Shown in pieces: positions 1-22,134 of a stretch of 64,000 nt of DNA. The stretch is from the NCBI GenBank assembly GCA_963695095.1, contig CAVOFT010000001.1:3136001-3200000 (forward strand), read 5' to 3'. The DNA comes from an uncultured bacterium. Its GTDB lineage: Bacteria > Krumholzibacteriota > Krumholzibacteriia > JACNKJ01. Positions within the stretch are counted from its first letter, which is position 1, and each line of letters starts with the position of its first letter. The position numbers and the translations under genes were made by a program. The notes beneath the pieces were generated by a model. That model was not told the origin of the DNA. It saw only the letters and a program-made list of their open reading frames with translations, and ran no database searches.

Positions 1-401
<401 letters not shown>

Positions 402-446
402 CTGGGCGTGTCTCCTCGTCTGTGAGGCAGCCGGCCGCTTCCGCGG

Positions 447-890
447 CTAGGCCGCCACCTCGACCGTCCCGCCGGCCTTCTCGATCAGCTCGCGCGCCTT
501 CGCACTGCAGGCATCGACGCGCACTGTCAGCGCCCGGGCGACTTCCCCGTCGCCGAGCAGTTTCACAGGCCGATTGCGCTTGCGAATGAGGCCATTCGCG
601 TAGAGGGTCTCGGCCGTCACTTCGCTGCCCTCGGGGAGGCGCACCAGCTGCCCCACGTTCACCGGCTGGAATTCCCGCCGGAAGATGTTCGTGAAGCCGC
701 GCTTGGGCACGCGCCGCTGAATGGGCATCTGCCCGCCCTCGAACCAGGGGCGATGATTGGTGCCCGAGCGGGCGAGCTGACCCTTGTGACCGCGGCCGCT
801 GGTGCCGCCGCGGCCGCTGCCCGGGCCGCGACCCACACGCTTGGCGCGGTGGGTGGCTCCAGGGGCCGGCTTGAGATCGCTGAGTTTCAT
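447..890 (-). CDS. rplO: 50S ribosomal protein L15
   Basis: [29 protein letters not shown] motif; spc operon position. Confidence 0.98.
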   Translation of the reverse strand: MKLSDLKPAPGATHRAKRVGRGPGSGRGGTSGRGHKGQLARSGTNHRPWFEGGQMPIQRRVPKRGFTNIFRREFQPVNVGQLVRLPEGSEVTAETLYANGLIRKRNRPVKLLGDGEVARALTVRVDACSAKARELIEKAGGTVEVAA

Positions 891-891
891 G

Positions 892-1086
892 CTACTCCTC
901 CGTCTCCTCGACGCTCACCATATGCTTGACCTTGAACACCATGCCCCGGATCTGCGGCGTGTCCGTATGCGTCACCGTGTGGTGCATCCGGCGCAGCCCC
1001 AGTGCCGCGATCGTGCGCTTGGCCTTGAGCTTGTTGCCGATGATGGACCGCGTCTGCGTCACCTTGAGTACGCGCCGCTTGGCCAT
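892..1086 (-). CDS. rpmD: 50S ribosomal protein L30
   Basis: [17 protein letters not shown]...[27 protein letters not shown] at the end of ORF 892..1815. Confidence 0.96.
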   Translation of the reverse strand: MAKRRVLKVTQTRSIIGNKLKAKRTIAALGLRRMHHTVTHTDTPQIRGMVFKVKHMVSVEETEE

Positions 1087-1088
1087 GG

Positions 1089-1655
1089 CTATGCCTCCTC
1101 CTCGTGGCGGATGCCGAACATCCGGCTCACGGAGATACCCCGTCGCTTGGCGACATCCGCCGCCGACTGCATCCGGCCCAGTCCCTCCATCGTGGCCCGC
1201 ACCAGGTTGTGCGGGTTGTTCGACCCGAGGGACTTCGTCAGGATGTCGGAGATGCCCGCCGCTTCCAGCACCGCACGCACCGGACCGCCGGCAATGACGC
1301 CGGTACCGGGCGACGCGGGCTTGAGCAGCACGCGCCCCGCTCCGTAGTGGCCGACCAGCCGGAAGGGCACGGTGCGGTTGTCGAAGCGCTGCACGCTGAC
1401 CATCCGCTTGCGGGCGGCCTCGGTGCCCTTGCGCACGGCTTCCGAGATTTCCCGGGCCTTGCCGAGACCGGTGCCCACCTGGCCATTGCCGTCGCCCACC
1501 GCCACCAAGGCGGTGAAGCTGAAGTTCTTGCCGCCCTTGACGGTCTTGGACACGCGATTGATGGCCACGACCTTCTCGATCAGGTTGGAGCGTTCCTCCT
1601 CCTGCTCGCGCCGACGGCGCGGTCGCTGGTCCCGATCTCTGCCTCCACGGATCAC
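1089..1655 (-). CDS. rpsE: 30S ribosomal protein S5
   Basis: [39 protein letters not shown]. Confidence 0.98.
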   Translation of the reverse strand: MIRGGRDRDQRPRRRREQEEERSNLIEKVVAINRVSKTVKGGKNFSFTALVAVGDGNGQVGTGLGKAREISEAVRKGTEAARKRMVSVQRFDNRTVPFRLVGHYGAGRVLLKPASPGTGVIAGGPVRAVLEAAGISDILTKSLGSNNPHNLVRATMEGLGRMQSAADVAKRRGISVSRMFGIRHEEEA

Positions 1656-1675
1656 CTTTGTACCCCCTAGATTGC

Positions 1676-2047
1676 CTAGAACTCGAGTCCCGCCTGGCGT
1701 GCGGCTTCGGCCAGGGCCTTGACCCGGCCATGGAAGAGGAAGCCGCCGCGATCAAAGACGACGGACTTGATACCCTGGGCCTGCGCCGCGGCGGCGATGG
1801 CTCGCCCAACCTCACGCGCGGTGGCCACCTTATGCGACTCGCCCTCTTTGGGCGTCGCCTTGAGCTTGAGGCTATTGGCGCTGGCCAGCGTCAGCCGCCG
1901 ATTGTCGTCGATCAGCTGCGCGTAGATATTGGTCAGGCTGCGATAGACGGCTAGCCGCGGCCGCTGGGCCGTGCCGGACATCTGCTTGCGGATGCGCTGG
2001 TGCCGCTTGGCACGCTGTGCCTTGCGATCGAAGGTCGTGATTGACAT
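1676..2047 (-). CDS. rplR: 50S ribosomal protein L18
   Basis: [34 protein letters not shown]. Confidence 0.98.
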   Translation of the reverse strand: MSITTFDRKAQRAKRHQRIRKQMSGTAQRPRLAVYRSLTNIYAQLIDDNRRLTLASANSLKLKATPKEGESHKVATAREVGRAIAAAAQAQGIKSVVFDRGGFLFHGRVKALAEAARQAGLEF

Positions 2048-2058
2048 GGCTGCTGCTC

Positions 2059-2604
2059 CTAGCCCTTCGCCGAGGCCTTGCCGGCCTTGCGGTGGATCGT
2101 CTCGCCCTTGTAGCGGATGCCCTTGCCCTTGTAGGGCTCGGGCTTGCGCCAGGCGCGGATGTTGGCGGCCGTCTGTCCGACCAGTTCCTTGTCGCGTCCC
2201 AGCACGCGGATCTGCGTCGGCGCCGGCACTTCGAAGGCGATGCCATCTGGCGGGACCACCACCACGGGATGCGAGTAGGCGAGCGCCATGTGCAGCTCCT
2301 TGCCCTTCAGCTCCGCGCGGTAGCCGACGCCCACGATCTCGAGCTCCTTGACGAAGCCCGTTGAAACGCCCTCGATCATGTTGGCGACCAAGGTCCGGGT
2401 GAGTCCGTGCTGCGCCCGGTGCACCCGCGTCTCGCTCGGCCGCTCGACGCGCAGCTCCCCGGCATCGGCCACGATCTTCATTTCCGGATTCAGCCGGCGG
2501 CTGAGTTCACCCTTGGGCCCCTTGACGGTGCAGGCGCCGTCCGCCTGGACGTCGACGGTGACGTTGGCAGGCAGTGGGATCGGTTTCTTGCCAATGCGCG
2601 ACAT
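2059..2604 (-). CDS. rplF: 50S ribosomal protein L6
   Basis: [22 protein letters not shown]. Confidence 0.98.
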   Translation of the reverse strand: MSRIGKKPIPLPANVTVDVQADGACTVKGPKGELSRRLNPEMKIVADAGELRVERPSETRVHRAQHGLTRTLVANMIEGVSTGFVKELEIVGVGYRAELKGKELHMALAYSHPVVVVPPDGIAFEVPAPTQIRVLGRDKELVGQTAANIRAWRKPEPYKGKGIRYKGETIHRKAGKASAKG

Positions 2605-2624
2605 GAGATTGCCTCCGAATCTAG

Positions 2625-3023
2625 CTACCAGACCTGGCAGAGCACTTCGCCGCCGACGCCTCGCTGGCGGGCTTCGTTGCCACTAAGGATGCCTTGGCTC
2701 GTGGATAGAACGACGAGGCCGTAACCGCCGAGCACGCGCGGGATCTCTCCCTTCGTGGAGTAGATCCGCCGGCCGGGCTTGCTGATGCGCTGCAGGCCTT
2801 CGATGACGGGCCCGGTGTCATCGTTGTACTTCAGATAGATGCGCAGCAGACCCTGCTTGCCGTCTTCCACGAACTTCACGTCCCGCACATAGCCCTGCTC
2901 CCGCAGGATCTTCGCGATCTCGCCCTTGATCCGGGAAGCCGGGATATCCACGCGCGCATGCTTCGCGCGGCTGGCATTACGAATTCTCGTCAGGAAGTCC
3001 GCAATGGGATCGGTCATCGACAT
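2625..3023 (-). CDS. rpsH: 30S ribosomal protein S8
   Basis: [33 protein letters not shown]. Confidence 0.98.
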   Translation of the reverse strand: MSMTDPIADFLTRIRNASRAKHARVDIPASRIKGEIAKILREQGYVRDVKFVEDGKQGLLRIYLKYNDDTGPVIEGLQRISKPGRRIYSTKGEIPRVLGGYGLVVLSTSQGILSGNEARQRGVGGEVLCQVW

Positions 3024-3056
3024 GAGCTAACCCTCGTTTCGCTTCTCGGAGTCCGG

Positions 3057-3242
3057 TTACCAGCTGGCCTTGACGATGCCGGGGATCTCCCCACGCAGGG
3101 CCATTTCGCGAAAGCAGATGCGGCAGATGCCGAACTTGCGCATGTAGCCACGCGGGCGCCCACAGCGCCGACAGCGCGTGTAGCTGCGGACCTGGAATTT
3201 GGGCTTCCGGTTGGACTTCACGATCAAGCACTTCTTGGCCAC
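3057..3242 (-). CDS. rpsN: 30S ribosomal protein S14, type Z (zinc-binding)
   Basis: GTG start; [10 protein letters not shown]...GICRICFRE, 61 aa C+ form. Confidence 0.97.
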   Translation of the reverse strand: MAKKCLIVKSNRKPKFQVRSYTRCRRCGRPRGYMRKFGICRICFREMALRGEIPGIVKASW

Positions 3243-3274
3243 GCTGATACCTCTGTGCGTTTCCCCGCTAGGGA

Positions 3275-3817
3275 CTAGTTGCGACGGAAAGGCATGTTGA
3301 GCAGCCTGAGCAGCTCCATGGCCTCTTCGTCCGTCTCGGCGCTGGTGACGAAATTGATGTCCATCCCCTGGATCCGCAGGATCTTGTCGTAGTCGATCTC
3401 GGGGAAGATGATCTGTTCCTTGAGGCCGAGGTTGTAATTGCCCCGGCCGTCGAAGCTCTTGTCGGGCACGCCGCGGAAATCGCGCACGCGCGGCAAGGCG
3501 ACGTTGACCAGGCGGTCGTAGAACTCCCACATGCGATCCCCGCGCAGGGTGACCTTGAGGCCCACGGGCATCCCCTCGCGGATCTTGAAGTTCGCAACCG
3601 ACTTGCGCGCCGGGTTCAAGCGCGGCTTCTGCCCGGTGATCTTCGTCAGATCGCCCTCGGCCGCCTTGAGCATGGCCTCGTTGCGCGAGCCCTCGCCGAC
3701 GCCCATGTTGACGACGATCTTCTTGAGCCGGGGCACCTGCATCGGGTTGCCATAGCCGTACTTCTCCTGCAGGGCAGGGGCCACGGTCTCCATATAGAAT
3801 GCCTTCAACCTCGCCAT
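3275..3817 (-). CDS. rplE: 50S ribosomal protein L5
   Basis: [30 protein letters not shown]. Confidence 0.98.
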   Translation of the reverse strand: MARLKAFYMETVAPALQEKYGYGNPMQVPRLKKIVVNMGVGEGSRNEAMLKAAEGDLTKITGQKPRLNPARKSVANFKIREGMPVGLKVTLRGDRMWEFYDRLVNVALPRVRDFRGVPDKSFDGRGNYNLGLKEQIIFPEIDYDKILRIQGMDINFVTSAETDEEAMELLRLLNMPFRRN

Positions 3818-3877
3818 GTCCGTTTCCTTTCCTCCTCGCGCGCGCGACCCGGCACGGGTGGCCGGGCGCCGCTGGCG

Positions 3878-4111
3878 CTAGGGACGGGAACCCTTCTCGA
3901 GCACCCGCAGATTCGACACGTGGATGGGCGCTTCCTGCTCGATGATACCGCCCGGCTCGCTTTGGCTGCGCTGCTTGCGGTGCCGCTTCGCCATGTTGAC
4001 GTTTTCGACGATCACCCGCTCCTTGGCAGGGAAGACCTTGAGCACCTTCCCCTTCACGCCCTTGTGAGCGCCGGCGATCACTTCCACGGTGTCGTTCTTG
4101 CCGATCTTCAC
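3878..4111 (-). CDS. rplX: 50S ribosomal protein L24 (short 77-aa form)
   Basis: KOW motif [31 protein letters not shown]. Confidence 0.95.
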   Translation of the reverse strand: MKIGKNDTVEVIAGAHKGVKGKVLKVFPAKERVIVENVNMAKRHRKQRSQSEPGGIIEQEAPIHVSNLRVLEKGSRP

Positions 4112-4123
4112 GACTGCACCTCG

Positions 4124-4492
4124 CTAGAGCACTTCAGGGGCGAGCGAAACGATCTTCATGAATCGCTTCTCACGCAGCTCACGCGCCACCGGGCCGAAGA
4201 TGCGCGTGCCCACGGGCTCGTTCTGCTGGTTGATGATGACGGCTGCGTTCTGGTCGAAGCGGATGTAGGACCCGTCGCGGCGCCGCACTTCCTTGCGTGT
4301 GCGCACGACGACCGCGCGCGCCACCTGGCCGTTCTTCACGGTGCCGTTGGGCAGCGCCTGCTTGACGGCGACGGTGATGATGTCGCCGACGGACGCGTAC
4401 CGGCGGCGCGTCCCGCCCAGCACCTTGATGCACTGGGCCTTCTTGGCGCCGGAATTATCCGCGATGACCAACATGGTCTCCTGCTGGATCAT
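4124..4492 (-). CDS. rplN: 50S ribosomal protein L14
   Basis: [35 protein letters not shown]. Confidence 0.98.
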   Translation of the reverse strand: MIQQETMLVIADNSGAKKAQCIKVLGGTRRRYASVGDIITVAVKQALPNGTVKNGQVARAVVVRTRKEVRRRDGSYIRFDQNAAVIINQQNEPVGTRIFGPVARELREKRFMKIVSLAPEVL

Positions 4493-4507
4493 TTCTCCCT
4501 CGCTCCC

Positions 4508-4771
4508 TTACTCGGCACGCTTGACGATTTCGCACACGCGCCAGCGCTTGGTCTTGCTCAAGGGACGCGTGGCCATCACGCGGACCAGATCCCCGATGCG
4601 GCAGCTGTTCTCCGCATCATGAGCCACCACCTTGCTGGTGCGGTTGTAATAACGCTTGTAGCGCGGATGCGGAATGCGCCGCGCGACGCTGATGACCACC
4701 GTCTGCTGCATCTTGTCGCTGACGACGGTGCCCAGCAGGGTCTTGCGCAGATTCCGGGCGTTCTCTTCCAT
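4508..4771 (-). CDS. rpsQ: 30S ribosomal protein S17
   Basis: GTVVSDKMQQTV; TRPLSKTKRW. Confidence 0.98.
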   Translation of the reverse strand: MEENARNLRKTLLGTVVSDKMQQTVVISVARRIPHPRYKRYYNRTSKVVAHDAENSCRIGDLVRVMATRPLSKTKRWRVCEIVKRAE

Positions 4772-4786
4772 CCTCGACTCCTATCC

Positions 4787-4993
4787 TCAGAGAGCCTGCT
4801 CCCGCTGGCGTTCGGCCAGCAGGGTCTTGATCCGCGCCAGGTCCCGACGCGCCTTGCGGATGCCGAGCGGATTGTTGAGCTGGCTGAGACCGTGGCGGAG
4901 CTTCATGTTGAAAAGCTCCTCCAACATCTCCTTCTCCTTGACGGCCAGCTCCTGCTCGCCCAGGTCCCGTAGTTCACTCAGCTTCATGGCCAA
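4787..4993 (-). CDS. rpmC: 50S ribosomal protein L29
   Basis: [25 protein letters not shown]; operon position. Confidence 0.96.
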   Translation of the reverse strand: MAMKLSELRDLGEQELAVKEKEMLEELFNMKLRHGLSQLNNPLGIRKARRDLARIKTLLAERQREQAL

Positions 4994-4997
4994 CTCC

Positions 4998-5408
<411 letters not shown>

Positions 5409-5410
5409 GG

Positions 5411-6082
5411 CTAGATGGCCTCCTGCACCTGGTTGCTCAGCTCGCGCTTGAAGTCCCGCGGGAAGACGTCATTCACGTAGACCCAGACCTTGACGCCGAT
5501 GGTGCCGAAGGTCGTCTTCGCCGTCGAAATGCCGAAATCGATGTCCGCACGCAGGGTGTGCAAGGGCACCTCGCCGTCGTGGTACTGCTCGACGCGGGCG
5601 ATCTCGGCGCCGCCGAGGCGGCCGCCGCACTGGATCTTGATGCCGCGGGCGCCCATGCGCATCGCCGAGGTGATCGACTTCTTCATCGCCCGCCGGAAGC
5701 TGACGCGGTTCTCGAGCTGCGAGGCGACGTGCTCGCTCACCAGCTGCGCGTTCAACTCGGGCTTCTTCACTTCCTTGATGTTCAGGTAGACCTGCTTTCC
5801 CGTCAGCACGTTGAGCTGATCGCGGAGCATGTCCACTTCCTGGCCCTTGCGGCCGATGACCATGCCCGGGCGGGCGGTGTGGATGTTCACCGTGACCTTC
5901 TTGGTCGACCGCTCGATGGTCACTCGGGCGATTCCCGCACGGAACAGCCGCTGGCGGACGAAACGGCGAATCAGCACGTCCTCGTTGAGCCAGTCGGCGT
6001 AGTTCTTGCCCGCGAACCAGCGCGAGTCCCAGGTCCTGATGACGCCGAGACGGAAGCCGGTCGGATGCGTTTTCTGCCCCAC
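5411..6082 (-). CDS. rpsC: 30S ribosomal protein S3
   Basis: [34 protein letters not shown]. Confidence 0.98.
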   Translation of the reverse strand: MGQKTHPTGFRLGVIRTWDSRWFAGKNYADWLNEDVLIRRFVRQRLFRAGIARVTIERSTKKVTVNIHTARPGMVIGRKGQEVDMLRDQLNVLTGKQVYLNIKEVKKPELNAQLVSEHVASQLENRVSFRRAMKKSITSAMRMGARGIKIQCGGRLGGAEIARVEQYHDGEVPLHTLRADIDFGISTAKTTFGTIGVKVWVYVNDVFPRDFKRELSNQVQEAI

Positions 6083-6096
6083 GGTGCTCCTCCTTC

Positions 6097-6441
6097 TTAC
6101 TTCTGGCCGAGTTCGACGAAGAGGTGGCTCGTCCGCTTGCGCACTCGGAAAGCCCGGCCCTGCGCGCGGGCGCGGATGCGCTTCATCGTCGGCCCTTCGT
6201 CTGCCCGGATCGTCGCCACGAAAAGGCGGTCGACATCGACGGGATTCTGTTCGTTGGCGAGATCGGTGGCGTTGGCCAACGCCGACTTGATCACGCGGTA
6301 AATGGGCAGCGCCGCACCCTTGTTCATGAACTTGAGCGTGCTCATCGCCTGGTTCACGTTCATCCCGCGCACCATGTTGGCGACCTGGCGCATCTTGAAC
6401 GGCGAGATGCGAATGTACTTGGCGCTTGCCTTGGCAGGCAT
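6097..6441 (-). CDS. rplV: 50S ribosomal protein L22
   Basis: [32 protein letters not shown]. Confidence 0.98.
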   Translation of the reverse strand: MPAKASAKYIRISPFKMRQVANMVRGMNVNQAMSTLKFMNKGAALPIYRVIKSALANATDLANEQNPVDVDRLFVATIRADEGPTMKRIRARAQGRAFRVRKRTSHLFVELGQK

Positions 6442-6459
6442 GACTAACCTCCGATCGAC

Positions 6460-6726
6460 TTACTGCTTCTTGCCGGCATGGGCCCGGAAGGTGCGGCTCG
6501 GGGAGAACTCACCAAGCTTGTGCCCCACCATGTTCTCCGTGACATAGACGGGGATGAACTTGTTGCCGTTGTGCACCGCCAGGGTGTGCCCCACGAATTC
6601 CGGCGAGATGGTGCTCCGGCGCGCCCAGGTCTTGATGACGCGCTTCTCGCTCTTGGCGTTCATCATCTCCAGCCGCTGCAGCAGCCGCAGATCGATGTAG
6701 GGACCCTTCTTCAGTGAACGCGACAA
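6460..6726 (-). CDS. rpsS: 30S ribosomal protein S19
   Basis: [26 protein letters not shown]. Confidence 0.98.
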   Translation of the reverse strand: MSRSLKKGPYIDLRLLQRLEMMNAKSEKRVIKTWARRSTISPEFVGHTLAVHNGNKFIPVYVTENMVGHKLGEFSPSRTFRAHAGKKQ

Positions 6727-6747
6727 TTCCTTGCCTCCTCAGTCTGG

Positions 6748-7584
<837 letters not shown>

Positions 7585-7606
7585 GCTCTCTCTCCTCGCC
7601 GCGCGA

Positions 7607-7894
7607 TCAGCCCTGGTTGACGATGTCGATGGACTGGCCGGCGGCCAGGGTGACCACCGCCTTCTTCCAGTCCGGGCGCTTGCCCGAGTAGCGACCGAGC
7701 CGCTTGACCTTGCCGCGCACGTTCATCGTGCGCACGTCCTCTACCGTCACCTTGAAGACCTGCTCGATGGCCCGCTTGATCTCCGGCTTGTCCGCCCGGC
7801 GGTCCACCTCGAAGACGTACCTGTTGAGCCCCCGCAGCGCCGTGCTCTTCTCGGTGAGCAGAGCCCGCCGCACGATGTGGTAGGCGTTCTTCAT
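7607..7894 (-). CDS. rplW: 50S ribosomal protein L23
   Basis: [19 protein letters not shown]; start overlaps rplD stop (ATGA). Confidence 0.97.
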   Translation of the reverse strand: MKNAYHIVRRALLTEKSTALRGLNRYVFEVDRRADKPEIKRAIEQVFKVTVEDVRTMNVRGKVKRLGRYSGKRPDWKKAVVTLAAGQSIDIVNQG

Positions 7895-8526
7895 GACCCG
7901 AACACCTCCTTGATCTGCTCCAGGGCCGGCGCCGTCACGACCAGCTTGTCCGCCCACAGCACCTGATAGGCGTTCAGCTCCCGACCGACGATGAAGTCCA
8001 GGTTGCGCATGTTGCGCGCCGATTTGCAGAGCTCCAGATGATACTCGTCCAGGACGAGCAGGATCTTCTCCCGCCCCTCGCTCAGGCCCATGGCGGTGAT
8101 CAGCGCCTTGAAGTCCTTCGTGCGCGGCGTCGTCGGCGCGAAGTCCTTCACCACGAGCACGCCGCCCTCGGAAGCGCGGTCGCTGAGAGCGTCCAGGAGG
8201 GCGGCGCGCCGCGCCTTGCGCGGCATCGCATAGCTGTGGTCCCGCGTCTTCGGCCCGAAGGCCGTGCCGCCGCCGTGGCGAGTCGGGCTCTTGGCCGAAC
8301 CGGCCCGCGCCCGCCCCGTGCCCTTCTGGCGAAAGAGCTTGATCGTCGAACCGGTCACCTCGGAGCGGTCCTTCGTATGCGCGGTGCCCCGGCGCTGGTT
8401 GGCCAGGTAGTTGCGCACGGCCTCCCAGAGCAGGTGCGCGTTGGGCTCCCGGCCGAAGAGGGCATCGGGCAACTCCACCGTGCCGGCGCTGTTGCCCTTG
8501 CCGTCGTATAGATTTGCGTTCGGCAT
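7891..8526 (-). CDS. rplD: 50S ribosomal protein L4
   Basis: [34 protein letters not shown]. Confidence 0.98.
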   Translation of the reverse strand: MPNANLYDGKGNSAGTVELPDALFGREPNAHLLWEAVRNYLANQRRGTAHTKDRSEVTGSTIKLFRQKGTGRARAGSAKSPTRHGGGTAFGPKTRDHSYAMPRKARRAALLDALSDRASEGGVLVVKDFAPTTPRTKDFKALITAMGLSEGREKILLVLDEYHLELCKSARNMRNLDFIVGRELNAYQVLWADKLVVTAPALEQIKEVFGS

Positions 8527-8579
8527 TGCTTCTCCAGTTGCCTCGCCGGCCCCGCTCGCTCAGGAAGCGGGGGGCGGCG

Positions 8580-8891
8580 TCAGACCTTGATCTCGATGTC
8601 CACGCCCGCCGGCAGATCCAGCTTGGTCAAGGCGTCGAGGGTGGCCGGGGTCGACTTGGTGATCTCGATGAGGCGCTTGTGCACCCGCATCTCGAACTGC
8701 TCGCGGGACTTCTTGTCCACATGCGGCGAGCGCAGCACCGTGTAGAGCGTCCGCTGCGTGGGCAACGGAATCGGCCCCGATATCTCGGCGCCGGTCCGCT
8801 TCGCGGTGCGGACGATCTCGAACGCCGAGCGATCGAGCGTGCTGTGCTCGTAGGCCTTGAGCCTGATCTTGATCTTTTGACCCGTGTACAC
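8580..8891 (-). CDS. rpsJ: 30S ribosomal protein S10
   Basis: [29 protein letters not shown]. Confidence 0.98.
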   Translation of the reverse strand: MYTGQKIKIRLKAYEHSTLDRSAFEIVRTAKRTGAEISGPIPLPTQRTLYTVLRSPHVDKKSREQFEMRVHKRLIEITKSTPATLDALTKLDLPAGVDIEIKV

Positions 8892-8947
8892 TTCATGCCT
8901 CCGTTTGCGGGCTACCCCAGCGTCGGCCGCGCGGCCGCCTGCTCACC

Positions 8948-10138
<1,191 letters not shown>

Positions 10139-10165
10139 GGCGAATCAACCTCCTCTGGGGGGTAC

Positions 10166-12247
10166 CTAGACCCCGAAACCGACGAAACGGCTGGCAATGT
10201 TCTTAGGGACAGCCTCGAAATGGGAAAACTGCATCGTGTACGCGGCGCGCCCCTGCGTCATCGAGCGCAACTGCGTCATGTAGCCGAACATCTCCGACAG
10301 CGGCACGGCCGCCTTCACCACCTGCGTGTCCAGGCGCGGCAGCATGCCCTCCACGCGGCCGCGGCGGGCATTGATATCGCCCACGACGTCCCCGGTGTAG
10401 TCGCCCGGGGTGATCACCTCGACGGACATCACCGGCTCCAGAAGCACGGGATCCGCCTTGAGGGCCGCCTCGCGGAAAGCGATGGCGGTGGCGGCCTGGA
10501 AGGCCTGCGGCGTCGATTCCACCTCGTGGTGGCTGCCGCCGAGCAAAGTGACGCGGCAGTCGACCAGTTCGTAACCGGCGAGAACGCCCGAGCTCATCGC
10601 GCCGCGCGCAGAGCTTTCGATGGCGGCGATGTACTCGTCCGGCAGTTCGCCCGGCGCGGCGGCGTTGGCGAAGATGAAGCCCGCGCCGCGGCCCGCAGGC
10701 TCGATCGCCAGCTTGACGTGGGCGAAGAGGCCCTTGCCGGCGAGCTGCCGCTGGTAGCGATGCTCGGCCTCGCCGCGCGCCGCCACCGATTCCTTGTAGA
10801 CCACCTGCGGCCGGCCCACGTTGGCGGCGACATTGAATTCGCGCACCATGCGATCGCGCAGGATCTCCAGGTGCAGCTCGCCCATGCCGGCGATCAGGGT
10901 CTGGCCGGTTTCCTTGTCCACGCGGACCTGGAAGGTGGGATCCTCTTCGGCCAGGCGCTCCAGGGCGAGCTTCAGCTTCTCCTCGTCGGCCTTGGTCTTG
11001 GGCTCGATGGCGATGTCGATGACGGGCTCGGGGAAGTCCATCGACTCGAAGACCACGGGATGCGCCAGTGCGGTGAGGGTGTCGCCCGTACGCACGGACT
11101 TGAGGCCGACCGCGGCGACGATCTCGCCGGCAGTGGCCTGAGGCACCTCTTCCCGCTTGTTGGCGTGCATCCGTCAGGAGGCGACCCATGCGCTCCTTCT
11201 TCCCCGTGCTTGCGTTCAGCGCCATTTCACCCGCCTTCAGCGGTCCCGCTGTAGACCCTGAAGAAGGTCAACTTCCCCGCGAAGGCATCGCTGGCGATCT
11301 TGAACGCCAGGGCCGAGAAGGGCGCCTTCGGATCCGGCGGCCGACTGGTGCCGGCCCTTGCCGCTCGGCAGCTCGCCCTCCACCGCGGCAGGTCCAGCGG
11401 GCTCGGCAGGTAGTCGACGATGCCGTCGAGCAGCCGCTGGACACCCTTGTTCTTGAAGGCCGATCCCGCGAAGACGGGTACCAGCCCGATTGGCCGAGCG
11501 TCGCCCTTCCGGATCGCCCTGCGTCAGCAGCGCCGCTTCGATCGGCTGCCCGCCCAGGTAGGCCTCGGCGAGCTCATCGTCGAACTCGGCCGCGGCTCCG
11601 ACCAGCCGCTCCCGCGCCTGCTCGGCTTCGGGCAACAGCGTCGCAGGGATCGCCCCCGCCTCGTAGCGCTGGCCGAGGCTCTCCTCGTCGTAGCGCAGCG
11701 CCTGCATCTCCACCAGGTCGATCAGGCCGAGGAAGCTCTCTTCGCTCCCCCAGGGCAGGGTCACCGGCACGCCGTTGGCCCCCAGCCTCGTCTTGATCGC
11801 CTCCACCACCGCTCCGAAATCAGCCCCCACCCGGTCCATCTTGTTGACGAAGGCCAGGCGCGGCACGTGGTAGCGGTCCGCCTGGCGCCACACCGTCTCC
11901 GACTGGGGCTCCACGCCGCCCACGGCGCAGAAGACGGCGATCATGCCGTCCAGCACCCGCAGGCTGCGCTCCACCTCCATCGTGAAATCGACGTGCCCCG
12001 GGGTGTCGATGATGTTGATCCGGTGCTCACGCCAGTAGCAGGTCGTTGCCGCAGAGGTGATCGTGATCCCTCGCTCCCGCTCCTGCTCCATCCAGTCCAT
12101 GGTCGCGGCGCCGTCGTGCACCTCTCCCATGCGATGGATGATGCCTGCGTAGTAGAGAATCCGCTCGGTGGTGGTCGTCTTGCCGGCATCGATGTGGGCC
12201 GCGATGCCGATGTTGCGTATCCGCTCGAGTGATTCTCCACTGCTCAT
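10166..12247 (-). CDS. fusA: Elongation factor G (several frameshifts at about 11170-11530, likely sequencing errors; divergent domain IV)
   Basis: [23 protein letters not shown] in ORF 11237..12247; GMGELHLEI and LLEPVM in ORF 10166..11170; lies between rpsG and tuf. Confidence 0.93.
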
Positions 12248-12260
12248 GGCAGAAACCTGA

Positions 12261-12320
12261 ATACCCCTCCTGAGATCTCAAACGCACGATGACTGCAGTT
12301 CAAGATCTCAGGAGGGGTAT
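12261..12320 (-). promoter_or_regulatory. Long perfect hairpin upstream of fusA
   Basis: ATACCCCTCCTGAGATCT (12261-12278) and its exact reverse complement (12303-12320); on the mRNA the AGGAGG lies in the 3' arm. Confidence 0.7.
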
Positions 12321-12434
12321 CCTTCACAGGACCCGAACCTGCAGACATCGTCCTCCGGCGGTTGGGATCCCCGATGCGAGGGATCCGCGTTCACCGCCGC
12401 CGGCGGCTATGTGAGTCCTCGGACCTTTCTTCTT

Positions 12435-12903
12435 TTAGAACCGGAAGTGGGCGAAGGCCTTGTTGGCCTCGGCCATCCGGTGCGTATCCTCGCGCTTCTT
12501 GATGGACGGGCCTTCCTTGCGGTAGGCCGCCAGGAACTCCGCGGCCAGGCGCTCGCCCATCGTGTGGTCGGGCCGGCTGCGGGCGAACTGCAGCAGCCAG
12601 CGCATGCGCCAGGGCGGTGCGGCGAGACGGCCGCACCTCGACGGGCACCTGGTAGTTGGCGCCACCGACGCGGCGGCTGGTCACCTCGAGATGCGGCTTG
12701 ACGTTGTTGAGGGCCGTCGTGAAGACCTCCAGCCCCTTCTTGCCCGAGCGCTCCTCGATGATGTCCATCGCCTTGTAGAAGATGGCCTCGGCCGTGCTCT
12801 TCTTGCCGCCCTTCATCATGTAGTTGATGAACTGCGAGACCATGGCGCTGCTGAAGCGCGGGTCGGGAGTGGTCTCGCGGCTGATCTTGATCTTGCGACG
12901 CAT
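12435..12903 (-). CDS. rpsG: 30S ribosomal protein S7 (one extra base near 12607)
   Basis: [15 protein letters not shown] in ORF 12391..12903; [21 protein letters not shown] in ORF 12435..12665. Confidence 0.96.
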
Positions 12904-12921
12904 GGTCCTTCTACCGGCCTC

Positions 12922-13293
<372 letters not shown>

Positions 13294-13409
13294 GCTCGCA
13301 CTCCTCGTACTCCGGCGGGCTCGGCCACCGAGTCCGATAAGCAACTCATTGTTGCGCTTAAACTTAGGAAGTCGGATCGCTCATGCCAGCAGGCACAAGC
13401 AAGATCGCC

Positions 13410-13438
13410 AATCTACACGAACAGTTCGCGCTTGTCAA
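13410..13438 (-). promoter_or_regulatory. Sigma70-type promoter of the str operon
   Basis: TTGACA-17 nt-TAGATT on the minus strand, about 115 nt upstream of rpsL. Confidence 0.75.
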
Positions 13439-13524
13439 GCAAACCCTGCTTTTTTCCCTTGTCAGCGCGGCGCTTAGCCCCTCCCGCAGGTCGCCGGCGG
13501 CGCCCCCGGTGGCGCGGCGCCGCC

Positions 13525-21596
<8,072 letters not shown>

Positions 21597-21701
21597 GGGC
21601 GGCCTCCCGGAAGCAGGACGGAAATAGACAGACCGGTGCCCGGGGTGCGACCTCGCGCCGGGCACCGATCAGAACTGCGGACGGACCTGTGGGCGGGCAA
21701 G

Positions 21702-22077
21702 CTACTTGAGCTCAACCACACCTCCGACTTCCTCGAGCTGGGTCTTGATGGCCTGCGGCCTCGTCCTTGGAGACGCCCTCCTTGACGGCCTTGGGCGCGC
21801 CGTCGACGAGATCCTTGGCCTCCTTGAGGCCCAGCCCGGTGATGGCGCGCACCACCTTGATGACCTGGATCTTCTTGTCCCCTGCGGCGCTGAGGACGAC
21901 GTCGAACTCGGTCTTCTCCTCGACCTCGGCGGCGGCGGGGGCGGCGGCGGCCATCGCCATCATCGGCGCCGCGGCGGTGACGCCGAACTTCTCCTCAAGG
22001 GCCTTGACCAGCTCGGAGAGCTCCAACACGCTGAGCTCCGAAACGTGGTCAACGATCTGGTCGACCTTCTGCGACAT
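21702..22077 (-). CDS. rplL: 50S ribosomal protein L7/L12 (one-base frameshift near 21755)
   Basis: [31 protein letters not shown]-terminus [15 protein letters not shown] in the shifted frame. Confidence 0.95.
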
Positions 22078-22134
22078 GACTGACTCCTGTGTTTTCCGAA
22101 CGTATGCCGGGTGTATCGATACGCGCCCGCGCGC

